Of a stretch of 64,000 nt of DNA, positions 37,301 through 49,310 are shown piece by piece. Position 1 is the first letter of the stretch, and the number at the start of each line of letters is the position of its first letter. The notes under the pieces are model-generated. The model searched no databases, was not told where the DNA came from, and saw only the letters and a program-made list of their open reading frames with translations. The stretch is from Takakia lepidozioides (taxonomy: Eukaryota; Plantae; Bryophyta): positions 26,660,001 through 26,724,000 of the forward strand of contig CM060731.1 in NCBI GenBank assembly GCA_030704615.1, given 5' to 3'. A program made the translations under genes and the position numbers.

Positions 37301-40300
37301 CATAAAGGTCCAGCAGATCGCATTCAATTGTGTCATTTACTGCTGGTCTCCCAAGGCAAGTTGCATAACACACTATTCTCAACATTCAAAGTGCTTGGGA
37401 GCCAACCCACTTGTTGCTTTTGTATTCCCGCCGAACTCTGCGGAGGTCAGCTGTCTGTGGGAATGAGCCGATGGTAGTCGTTGGCAGTATAGGTAGATTC
37501 AACTTCTTTTGCTGCTCCTCAAGACGAGTCCCGACTGGAGTAGCCCGCCGATGGTCTAATCCATGCAAAGCCTTTGCCTGCCCACCAAAAATGACCAATA
37601 CCTGTCAGCTTCCTGCAGCCTGCTTAATCCCTTTAGCCCACTTTTGACACCACAGTTCATAACACCATGGAAGTAAGTGTGGCAGTGGAGAGCTGTCAGC
37701 CTCCAACCTATCTCTAATTGCCACTACGCAATGCTATCCATAATATAGCCCATCTTTCTAAGATCCGTAACTTCTACACCATGGTCAAGATACAGCTTTA
37801 CCTTAAGTATTGTACTACCAATCCAAGACCTGAATGAGTTGAAGAGATAGTGAGTCGTGTTTCCCAACCTAAATACTAACATCATGGTGGATTTGGGTAT
37901 CTCAGATGCAAGATGGAGAGGTTTGAGATACAAATCGAGGTACTTTTGACAAACGAGAAACTCACAGCTTTGCTAACAGCATCATTGTGGACCCTTGGAG
38001 AAGACCTCCGCGATTCTTGGGCAGAGGCATTGGCCGAGAAAAATTCCTGATCATTGGAAATGAGAAAATTACATCTAATTAGAGCCACAATATGGATTTC
38101 TGTCAAGCTCTCAACTATACAAAATGGGTAACATAGAAAAGGCGAAGCCAACTTAAGTCACACATAGATCCTCAAGCGGAGGTAACTTAACAAATGGCGA
38201 TACCCTTAACGATGGCAGCCTCAGGCTACGAAAGGATATTTGGCACTTTGCTGGACCTATGCTAGAGAAATGAAATGAAATGGTAGAGAAAGAGCTCTCT
38301 TGGCTTGCCCAGGTTGTGTTTGGGCTTTTTGGTTAATAAAGTATGATCTAGGGTGTTTGCAATTTCTTCAGCAACTTTGAGGGATGGAGAAGGGGAACTT
38401 CCTCACAATTACACCAAACAGATGTGCCCCACTCTCATATTTTCCCACTTGTTTATTCCCGGGAGTGCTCCCTGCAATCTCACCGTATTTAAATTTAGTA
38501 ATTTCTTGATAGGCATACCTCATCCTTCTTTCCAGAGAGTCCACTTGCCAGAGCAACCACCTCATGCACTTTCTGAGCGGCAAAACCTAGCCATGACTTG
38601 AGCTCCGGATCCAGCTTGGTTTCATTCTCCAAGTCTACAGCGGTATGGAGCAGCGAGCAAGATGTGGAGACTACAACCCTCCCTGTGCAGACAAACTTAG
38701 ATATGTTAAGAGATTCCCTTACTGTACCCAGGCAATCAACCTTAACAAAATAGAGAACCAAAGAGTAATGCTCTCTGAGAAACAAGCACAAATCTGAAGT
38801 TGTAAGCAACAGTTTCAATCACTAGCCTCTGATCTGCGACATGAGGATGCCAATGAATATCATGGAACCTGTAAGCAAATGATTGTAAGCAGAAGTCCTA
38901 TTAGACATGTTGCACACCAATGAACTATCTTACCTTTTCCAAGAGTGTTCTCCAATTCTTCCAAAAGGCTGAGAGATGCAGCCAAATCATTGGCCCAGAT
39001 GTTGCGTCCATCCACAACCCCAGCAAACAAAGTCTTGCCTTTGGGGAGGCCCAGTTCTTTAATGAGGTTAATAGTGCTTGCTCCTCGTACAAGATCAACA
39101 CCAATGGCTGATACATGTTCCAAACCAATGATTGTCCTGAGAGAAAAGGATCAAGTATAAATGTGTGCGCAGCGTAGACATGTCCATTTCCTGTCATGGG
39201 AAACCATTTGCTGATGTATACATTCGTCATTGGTACTTCAGGGAATTCAAAAGCACACAAGAAATTTTACCTTTGTAACTCAGACATGCTAAATTGAAGG
39301 ATCCATCATTGTCACCTGACAAGATCTGGAAACATGTGATGCTCAATTTTCAGGTGGATTATACACACTTTTCCAAGTCAGGCTCTGTTGGCATGGCACT
39401 AACATGTATTGACCCATAAGATCAGACCACAATTTGTAGATGAAATATCACTCGTGTCACACTGAATCATACAGTGAAACTCAGAAGGCAACCAGCTAAA
39501 ATCACTTGCCCCTGACACTTTCACCAAATGTGTTGCCATAGGCCTTAGAAGGTCCAGTTAGTCTACTCTAGAGTTTCTTACAGCAATTCCACCACAAAAC
39601 TACATGACCACTGTCAAATTAGCTTGAAGAGTTTAGAGGGTGGTAACCTTCTGCATACACAAATGATACTTACTTGTAAGCCTCAACTGGAATATCGGCA
39701 AAATAGGTCTCCAAAAGTAGATTCACACCGTCCAGACCAGCGCCAAGGAAGGAATAAGCCTTCTGGAAGGCCTCCAGCTGAGAAGCCTCCAAATCCATGA
39801 CCAGCTTTGGTTCATCGAACTGAATCCATTTGGCGCCAGCCTCCTTCAACTCAACCAACACTTCCCTGGTCATACCACATGTTAGCCTAACACTTTTCAT
39901 CCCCTCCCTCAGTATTTTCTCAACAACATTAGCCTTGATGACATTTGCAGGTTCCACAACCCAAAACGTTAAGAGTAGGAGAAATTGTAGACCACAAATA
40001 GGGACAGGTTTGAAGCCAAACGTACATTGTCTAACTTCTTGCTGACACACAAGATAGATCGGTGAGACTCAAGAGGAACTCTGACAGAGGCAGAACAACA
40101 CTGGGCATGGAACTTACTTATAGACAGGCAGGAGAGAATCAAGAAGGGACAAAAGGTTGAATGTCTTGGACACATCCTTGGCAGGTTTTGCCAAGAGCAA
40201 ATATGAGACTGGGCCCACGAGCACTGGGACAGTTTCGACGCCCAGCTGCGAAAATTTATAACCACAATCAGGTCTGGTCAATGTTGGCACTATAACAACA

Positions 40301-42129
40301 GAACAGGGGTGTATAAAATGTGATATTAACCATGGTGAGAAAACTTGTCACAAATATGGTTGTTTCTGCATACCAAAACCATCACCTACAGTTAAACTGA
40401 CTCCCTAAAACATAGACACATGACCAAAGTCGCTAAGGAGTATGAGGTCTCAGAAAAAATCAGACTAGTTCAAGATGTGCAACTGTCTAGTTTCCAGACA
40501 GATGTGCTAACATCAGACATTGTTTCCAGCCAGTACTCACATTCAAAGCAAGAAACAATATGCACAGGAATTGAGCATTCTGTGGCTTTTCAACAATTGT
40601 CTAGCTTCCAAATGAGGGATAGTACCACACCTCTTTAGCCTCCTTGTATTCTGCCACAACCTTGCGGCTTGAGAGGCTGAACTTGACATCAGGGCCAAGC
40701 TCTGGCACGATGTAATGGCTGCAGCAACATGCATCCAGTTGATGCTTCATCAGATATTACCCCAACATAGTCATAGAAGCCGGAAAGCTATTAGTCAGAA
40801 CAATTAATAAACCTCCCATATTAGAGGAGACAAATACATGTTAGGGGGGGAAAACGTCAACCATACTCTGAAGCTCATTAAGCAACAGGGCCACTCCTTT
40901 GATGTGCCCTGACAAGCCCATAGAACACCACATTTGGTTGATCTCTAAACCTACTGGACTCTACACTATACCAGCTAATCGAACATGAAAAAAGCAACTG
41001 CAATGCCAACCTCTTAGGACAAATATATCACAACGGAGAAACATAAGTCCTGGTGGCCCCACCCAGGGCTGTCCTACAGCATGACTTTTAGTACGTAGTA
41101 GTAATGACCCAAAAGAAACCAGTTATGAACCCCACCTTCAAGGAGTCCAAGAAACATCATGTGAGATACAATGAAGAACTTACTAATTCGTGTCAAACCA
41201 CTTGGTCATCTCCATGGCAGGTTGCTTCGCATTACCCCGAGCCATGGAGAAGTAGACATCAAAGTCTATCTCTCCTCCAGACCAGCCATAGCGAGGCGGC
41301 ACTGCTCCAACAAGGGCTGTTGTGTCTAACACCTGGTCCCAATTGTATCATACTCCATAAGGACTGATTCAGCGTATTGTGGCATTGCAAGGGCTATAAA
41401 ATGGTTCAAGATAACCAGGCAAATTTGATAACTTCTAAACTAGTCCCTATTGCTCTCTGGTTAGCAATGTTACATGACTATTATTCAACAGATGTGAAAG
41501 AGAAAACTGAAGTTCCCATGATCCAAGGTGCTGCAGACCTTCAACTATGTAGCCTACTCTCTGTACAAGACATACTTGCACAACTTCAGAAGACATGAAT
41601 CCGCATGAACCCTGCCATAAGCTGTACTTGCTATTTTACACAATTACAAGCTAAGCTTTTTGCTTCAGCAATATGAGAAATCAAACAACGATTCCCATTT
41701 TAATTCTTCAAAGAATTACTGAATTCTATTAGATCCCACAGTAGTAGCACTCTATAATGAGACCAGACAAAAGGTCATGCAATGCCTTCCTTAACAATCA
41801 TTTAAAAAACTCACATCAAGATGAATCAGATGTATACGGCTCAGTGGTATGAGCCTTAGTCCAATCAGAAAAGATCGGCAAGAACCTCTTGAATGCCCCC
41901 CAAATGTGAGCATGAACACAGTACTGACCTGATCATAATAGGAGAAGGTGTTGCTCGGGATCAATGTCACACCCGTCTCTGCCATTTGCTTCCAGATTGC
42001 AGATCTCAACCCTGCTGCTGTCTTCTTCAGATCCTCAGCAGTGCTTTTTCCGTCCCAAAATGATTCAAGTGCAAACTTGAGCTCCCTCTTGGGGCCCATG
42101 CGAGGGTACCCAACCACGTGTGAAGTCAT
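34378..42129 (-). CDS. METE: Cobalamin-independent methionine synthase (5-methyltetrahydropteroyltriglutamate-homocysteine methyltransferase), 15 coding exons
   Basis: Exons ~42129-41929, 41332-41184, 40718-40631, 40246-40119, 39867-39674, 39136-38934, 38682-38519, 38047-37966, 37577-37410, 36728-36623, 36326-36076, 35820-35748, 35495-35367, 35189-34968 and 34524-34378. Motifs [61 protein letters not shown]. Confidence 0.97.
37133..37345. repeat. ~106-bp tandem duplication inside a METE intron
   Basis: gttggaaactgtcaatg...cattcaattgtgtcatt occurs twice in tandem. Confidence 0.85.
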
Positions 42130-43250
42130 GATTTGTGAATGTTTGATACTGTTCAATAACATAAATAGAGTTCCAGTCATGCACTTCTTCAGATGGTTCA
42201 GACTTGCAATTGATAGATCTTGCTGAGTTAAAGACACAATCCCATGAGGAAGACAGAAAGAGGGACCATTGTAGCTGCACAGCGTTAGTGACAATCTCAT
42301 TGTATTTTCCTTCTAAGTTTCAGCTAGATTGGTATTGTTAGTGAGCTCAAGTTGGAAAAGCGATGAAACAAACGTCAGGAAATATTTTACACCTCCCCTA
42401 CTACTAGTATGTAAAGCATCCTCATTAAATAATGAAGGACATATCTGTCTCTATACCTTTCCAAAATAAAAATATCTTAAACAATTTTCATAGCATTATT
42501 CTGCCCCTCAATTCAAGATCCCTTGCAGAGAGCTCCATTTCCTGGTGAGTGCCTGCATGTAGTGCTTATAGTGCAGTGAAGAATACTAAGCAAATAACCC
42601 CCACTTCCTAACCGCGTAGCTGCTCAGTAAATCAATGAAGCAGTGACATATACGTTCCCAATGCATGAAAAGTGGCAGCAATCCAAGTCTCTGACCAAAA
42701 ATCATTGGATTTCAGCCGAGAGGATCCGATAATTGAGCGGTATCATCCACAGAAACTCCAACCTGTAGGTGGTCACACTTTTCGGCAGTGCGTTTCCAAG
42801 TCCGCATCCATATTCCACACAAAAGGAATACATGCTCAATAGCAAACTACAAAATCCGAGGAACATGTAAGAGGAGACTCAGCAGCATGGGTGGAGGCTC
42901 CCATGTCTGTTTCCTCACTGCTAATTTAGAAGAGGGCAGCATGTGATTGTAATGCTCACCCACGCGCACTTCCAGTACTCTTATGATGACTAGGGAAACA
43001 TCTTATGTATGACATTATGGAGCAGAGATACTCTTCATCTGAAAAACATTTACCTTCAGCCACTTCTTTCTGTGACAGAGAAGGCAATGGTCTCGACGCT
43101 CTTCAGCACTTACAAAATCACGAACTCACATTACTTGGAGAACCAGGTGACAACAAACACAAAACCTCAACACATCAAAGGAGGAAAATTAACCTGTAAT
43201 GACAAAAGAAATAAAGAAAGGGTCAGCATTCAAATGGAAGGACACGCTCA

Positions 43251-43340
43251 CCTCAGGCTAGCTTCAGCGCCTGATCAACGCTCCACGCAGCTACGGAAGG
43301 AGGGCCGAGTGGTCTGCCCTACCCGCGGACTCCCTCACCC
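43251..43340 (-). other. Probable first non-coding (5' UTR) exon of METE
   Basis: GC-rich segment ending in a strong GAG|GTGAGC donor at 43250; acceptor ...aacag about 20 nt upstream of the ATG. Confidence 0.45.
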
Positions 43341-44759
43341 GCCGTTTCCCCGGCCCCTCTCAGATTCCCTGGCCCGCGAATCCTTCGTCAGTTATCTTTT
43401 TGTTTTTTCTTTTCTCTTAATTGTTTTTGTGTTTTTGTTTTTATTTGTTTTATTTTCTAGGACCAACTGATTTACTGATCAAGAGGGAAAAAAATAAAAC
43501 TTACTTTCACAGGTTTCTTTTTACGTCAGCAAAAACTTGTGGGTTTTGATCTTGGTGGGACAGTAGCATTGACAAGGTGAGCGTTCTTCATGTAAGATGA
43601 CAAGGAGTCTGAGGGAGTTTGACTGAACTCTAGTATGATCGTATTGCCTAGTTGATAAGTAACTTAAAGTTAGAATCTCTCTTTGCTCTGCAAAAACTGC
43701 TTCTACTCTCTGTGTCGTAGGTTGTTGTTCCTGATCAGCAGGGCATGAAAGTAGGATGCGCAGATTGATGACAATGGCTGAGTCATTAGGAGGTTTATAC
43801 GTTTATACTTTGCTTATACTTTTCAGGGTGTTGCAATTAGACAATCATAAGAACATGTATCTTTTTTTTTGTATCAACAGATTGAGTGAAATGGATCTTG
43901 TCACTTGAAAGAGTTATCAGTGTATTGTGTTCTTCCCGTAGTTTGCAATGTCGTGCTTTTGCTCATGTTGCTTTGTCTTGCTGTTGTTGATTAACTCAAA
44001 TGCACTTTGTCTCCCTCCTAACCCTTGCTATTGACATAGTGTGCTAGCTAGTGTATTTACTCTTGTTGGTCGCAGTTGCTCTTGCTGGTGACACTTTCCC
44101 CAAGTAACATTGTTTTGCTCAACCATGTTTTCTCCATGTTAAGAGGGAGGTGGTGTCAAAATTGGTGGAAAATATTACAATTGGGAGATCCTATCCATCA
44201 ACTGTCTTGTACACGTCAAGTTTGGGTCCACGACATGCTTGACACTTCATGGTGAGGATACTTGGAAAGCTGATGGTAGATATGTATAGCGCACTCCAAT
44301 AAACAGGTTGAAAACCATTACTCTCAGGTGCTTAAAATATTGAAGAAAGAAAGAAAACCCAGTGAACACAAACCATTTCCCAGGAAGCAAAATTTCCTGG
44401 ACGAGTTGATTTCCAATAGTAGTTCACTAACGAGAGCTAGAGCATTTTAGTTGTGGAGGGTTGTTATCAGAGATGCATCGTTGCAAACTAATTTCAGTCT
44501 CTACTGGAAGTGTAGTGGAGAAAGCTGTGTCAACCATCACACATGCAGGGGAATAGCAAAAAGGTAATAGAGGGACAAACAAACCTCTCAAATGTCATTT
44601 CTATCCACCTCAACTTTTAGATAAGATCCACTGTTTATGGTTTCAGAGTGTATTTAGCATATGAGTATATACATTTTGAGGGCAGTTGATGGCAGATTAC
44701 TTCTATGTGAGCATTATCATAAAAGCTACAACTTCAACAAAACAATAGGCTTTAAATTT

Positions 44760-44925
44760 CAATTTGCCACTTTCCTTGGGCACTATTACAATGGGTGATA
44801 ACCATTGTGGTGTCTCTACTGGGTATATGAATCCTGCATCCAGTAATTTCTTGATTTCTTCCCAAACCTTAGTTGCATAGTTGGGATTCATTCTGTATCG
44901 GTTCTGTCGAACCGGTTTGGTGCTC
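44760..44925 (-). mobile_element. Gypsy-type reverse transcriptase N-terminal fragment
   Basis: KPVRQNRYRMNPNYATKVWEEIKKLLDAGFIYPVETPQWLSPIVIVPKESGKLK. Confidence 0.85.
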
Positions 44926-45329
44926 ACAGATGAGAGCAAGAAACCTAAATCACAGAATCCAGCCTACTCGATATTACACCCTGCCTTCTTAAAATTATGC
45001 ACCCCCCACTCTATATACAGATCCTGTGCAGGAGATATCATTGCCACATTTCAAGAATGAACGGCCCAAAGCTCAACTGCCCTTTACGTCCTGGAAAGAT
45101 CCCTGTAGGGATCATTCTGCCTGGTCAGCAGTGTCTCGGCCTCCCAAGGCGGAATGTAGGTGTCATTCCAAAGAGCGTTACGAGAATGGGGCCACAGGCT
45201 CGAGAGTCTACTAGTAAGAAACATGCAAGCTGATCCTAGCAAGCGGCCGGATCAACCAGCAAATACTGATTACAAGTGATAGTCCGATCCTATCACCACA
45301 TAGTACTTACACGGGAGAAGATAATAATA

Positions 45330-45415
45330 CCACACACAACTAGGTAACAGGATTTCAACCCTAAATCACCTGGGTGACACTCAGTGCTCTATCCAACTGA
45401 GCTACATACTGGTGG
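45330..45415 (-). mobile_element. tRNA-derived SINE-like head in the PPO 3' region
   Basis: Minus strand gtagctcagttggatagagca (A box)...gggttgaaatcc (B box), followed by gtgtggtat as in the SINE at 49774-49988. Confidence 0.55.
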
Positions 45416-45441
45416 TAGATATTTTCATCATCTTTGTGATG

Positions 45442-48400
45442 TTATTGGGCAAGCTCTATCCGGATGGATTGAATGATGATGGCTGTATCATCCCTATCCT
45501 TACTTTTGGGCACAAGACTGACCAAAACGCTGGGCTCCGTCTCAAGGCCAAGCTGCTTCAGCTTTGAGCTGATGCCCATCCTGAAGGAAAGATCCCGGCT
45601 AGGAGTGCGTTCTGGCGAATTTCCTTGAACAGTCGGATAGGGATAGAAAGCGCCTGTATATTCTGTACAACTCAAGGGTGTATGCTCATCCGCCTCGGGC
45701 AAATTCAAAAACAAGACAAACCCTGATTGTTTACCTGATGGTATCCTTATGCCTTCAATGGCAAGGACCTCTTCTTGAAATCCTGGTTCCTCTGATTGCA
45801 ACCATAAAGCTTCAGGCTCCGTGGTTTGAATGATAATAGGAACTGGCCTTGAGATGTGAGCCTGGAAAACTGCACTAGTAAGAGTAATGTTTCTATTTTG
45901 CGAAGCTTCTGGTCTTCGTGTGGCAATTGAATCACAATCCTTGGTTGATCGCTCTGTCTGCCATGAAGGGACGATGAACCTTGCAAGCTTGGCTATGCCC
46001 CTCATGAGTCCCTCCAGAAACTCTGGAGCACAATCTGAAGACACTGAAATTGGAGCTGGCTTGGTGCTCAGAGAGGTAGAATTAAACGAGAGCCAGTCAT
46101 TCTCTACCTCTTCATGCTTGTAGCGCAATTTTTCCATATCAAGACAGTCTGCTACCTGTACAAATCAGCAAGAGTCTTCGCTGTTACTTGACCCATTCCA
46201 AATTTGGACCAAAGTTGATGCACGTACTACTAACCATTCTAGAAAAGGAAGGTGGAAAACCAACCTTTACTCGAACAAGATCAGCGTTTTCATCGTAGAA
46301 GACAAACTCCGCATTGAGCCAGTCGGGGTCAGTCAGGTCGCCCCGTTGACCTCCTGGCAGGTTCTTCCAGAGATCCCACAAACGGTCCACATTGGCATGA
46401 TGTGCAAAGAAAAGGGGATCTCTTGCTGAAGAAAAGGCCAAGGCCATGTCCTCACTCTGTAGCTCCCTCTCATCTCCTGCCCCCACATGTCCACAGAAAT
46501 CAAATAAATTGCCACAGCTCTCGTTTACAACCGCTCGCACCATATCCTCTTATAGTGACTACTGTCGCTACACAAATGAAAGCCCCCATGAACTAGAAAG
46601 AGGTTACTTCCAAAATCTAGGATCTCGAAACAAATTGGATGGGCGCTTAATTCCAAGGCTTAAAAACAACAATTCTCCTGTGGACATTCATTGCATTTGA
46701 GGCCAAAGACTCGCCTCACAAAAGCAGACGATTCCAAAGTACAAGCTGCAGAAACTAAGTCTTGCCTTGTATATCTCACAACTCAACGCACATTCGGCGT
46801 ACAGCTGCTTGCTGATGAACTCTTTTAGACACAAAGAAACGATTGTTTGCAAGAACTGTTTGGTAAAGAACCTGTCCATCGGATCTCGAAACAAATTGGA
46901 TGGGCGCTTAATTCCAAGGCTTAAAAACAACAATTCTCCTGTAGACATTCATTGAATTTGAGGCCAAAGACTCACACCTCACAAAAGCAGACGATTCCAC
47001 AGTACAAGCTGCAGAAACAAAGTCTTGCCTTGTATATCTCACAACTCAACGCACATTCAGCGTACAGCTGCTTGCTGATGAACTTTTTTAGAGACAAAGA
47101 AACAATTGTTTGCAAGAACTGTTCGGTAAAGAACCTGTCCAAAAGTGGACGCTGCCGTGCGGGTGAATCTCGAAGGCGGCAGCGCCATAGAAAGCTGGGT
47201 CGTTGCTGCGGTAAGGTTTCCCCAGAAACAGGAGCGGGGTGGGAGCGCCGCTCACTACGGCGGTGTACATCACGTTTCTATTGATCGCCCGCTGCTCCTC
47301 CGGGCTGGCGACTGCGGCCGCCGGGTCGTAGCGGCCCCAAAAGGTGAGGTCGATAATGGCGGGGGGCAGGTGGGCCGGGCTGCGTCTTTCGTCGAACAGC
47401 CCGGGGTTTCGGCGGTCTTGGTACACCGAGGGGAACACGTTGGAGGGCGGGTCGACGTCGGCTTGGTTGTCCCATTGCCAGAAGGGCAGCACGAAGGTGT
47501 CGTCGCCCAGCAGCTTGGCGAGTATGCGCTCGTGGAAATACAGGAACCAGCGATGGAAGGGCATCAGCAGCCAGTTCTTGTGCACATCGTACACCTCCGT
47601 GGAGTTCACTTGCCTGCGACAACAAGGAGTCGGATCCAGTGTTAGATAATGTACAGCTACAATCCCAACGATGGAATGAAGACAACATGTTGAAACTAGT
47701 AAGCTGCTTCATCTGTATAAGATTCCACTGTGAAGTAGCTAAATATGTTACTAGCTACTAGATTGTGCAACCTCGAGAACATTGCCATTAAACCTTCTAG
47801 GCCAAGGCCTCGATGTTAAATTAGAATCTGTTAGATCTTTCATTTTCATTCCTCATTGCTAATGTGCGTGCATACAGCTGAGTGCATAAGAAGTGTCTCT
47901 CCTCTCGCTCCAGGACAGGAGAATGAAGAGTATTCCACAAACTATGTGATGGGGAACCGACAAAGGTGAAAACTACGGAAAGTTTCGAGCTGAGCTTCAT
48001 GCAGGATATAAAATTGTCCGCACCCTGTACATTTCGGAAGTAGTTTGAAGGTATATCACAAGAACGGCGTGGTGGTGTTGAAGTAACATGCGAATGGGTG
48101 TCAGTGATCAAGTGAGAAAGCACGTGAGTAGACAAGTTCTCCTAGGCGGAGATCAGACGTGATACGAAGAAGGAAAGCCCATGAGGGGCGAATGTGTTTC
48201 TAGATGCATTTGAGTCCATTGATTCATACTCTGAACGAAACAGCCAAATATTGTCAAATGACCTTTCAGAAGATAAAACTAGAATGCCAGGCTCAGGATA
48301 GGAAAAAGACATAGAGATAGTTTCGACTTCCACATCCCTTCCCACATGATGACTTTGTACTGCCATTATACAAGATAAACCTGTTCAGGGGATTGCGCCA

Positions 48401-48913
48401 ACAAGAGGATAGAAGAGTAGGACTCAACACCTAGAAATGACTATCAGGGTCGAGACGACTGATTCAGAGAAATGCGTTGAATAAATTGGGGGAGAGCAAC
48501 TGTTTTAAGAATGCTTGCCTGTAAACTGCGGAACCGTAGGCACAGTGCATGGTGGACTGACGAAAGAACGATCGGGGGTCATCATCTGGAAGCGCTTTCA
48601 TCAGTTCGTATGCTCGATTTAGCTTCTCTATGTACGCCTGATCCAGTTTATGTGTGGAACGCCTTACCCGCATAGGCAAGTCTGTGTTGAACTGGAAGCT
48701 GATTTCGGGTCTCTTGGGGGGCAGAAAGCAGCAGTCTAGTGGAAGACCGTTTTCAATAATAGGTTCGCACCTGCTCAAGTCCGGGCCTAGCACCGGAGCG
48801 GCATGCACAGTGTGCATCTTCCTACAACACCACGCCATAGATACTAGCATAATCGCCCACAACAATTTCTGTGTGCCCACTCCGCATCCTGGATGCACTC
48901 CTTCCCTACCCAT
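45442..48913 (-). CDS. PPO: Polyphenol oxidase (type-III copper; tyrosinase, DWL and KFDV-like domains), 4 exons, secretory-type N-terminus
   Basis: Exons 48913-48519, 47613-47135, 46476-46265 and 46155-45442. CuA HCAYG...VH...PFHRWFLYFHERIL; CuB EIHPHGSVHFWTG...RDPLFFAHHANVDRLW; DPDWL and ENDWL; C-terminal EEVLAIEGI...VSLVPK. Confidence 0.92.
46620..47141. repeat. ~260-bp near-identical tandem duplication in PPO intron 2 that includes the splice donor
   Basis: Copies start at 46620 and 46881 (ggatctcgaaacaaattgg) and both end in gaacctgtcca. Confidence 0.9.
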
Positions 48914-49310
48914 AGTTGTTGCCCTCGAATCCACAGACCAGCCAAGATATGAGCTGGACTCCCACTACGATTTCGCAAAGCACGCTTGAGAGACTAGACG
49001 ACGTAAATGGAGAACAATGCCTTGAACTTACATTTCGGATTCTCCTTGAAGCTGCAAACATTTGGCCTTGAACCCAAAGTGAGCCCCCAGCTGTGAGCTG
49101 CAAAACCCTCGGGAACCATTGTTCCCGTACGTATCACGAGAGTTTCCAGCTCTCTACGATGACCATCGAAAAGAATCAGAAGTTCCAGGACAGCAGTGTT
49201 TAGTATGCAGGCTATGGCGTCATAAAAGGGCTGCGCTCGTAAACGGCTATGTCATAATCTCGTACATAGCTGGGCCTGCCCTCATTAGTAAAGCCGGATC
49301 CCCGCCCTAC

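Noticed and set aside
42130-42300. N-terminal extension (transit peptide) on METE from the in-frame upstream ATG
   Set aside because: The sequence lacks transit-peptide character and contains a likely UTR-intron acceptor just before the conserved [10 protein letters not shown] start.
34378-48913. METE plus PPO as a biosynthetic gene cluster
   Set aside because: Only two co-oriented genes with no direct pathway link or additional tailoring enzymes; adjacency is adequately explained by chance.
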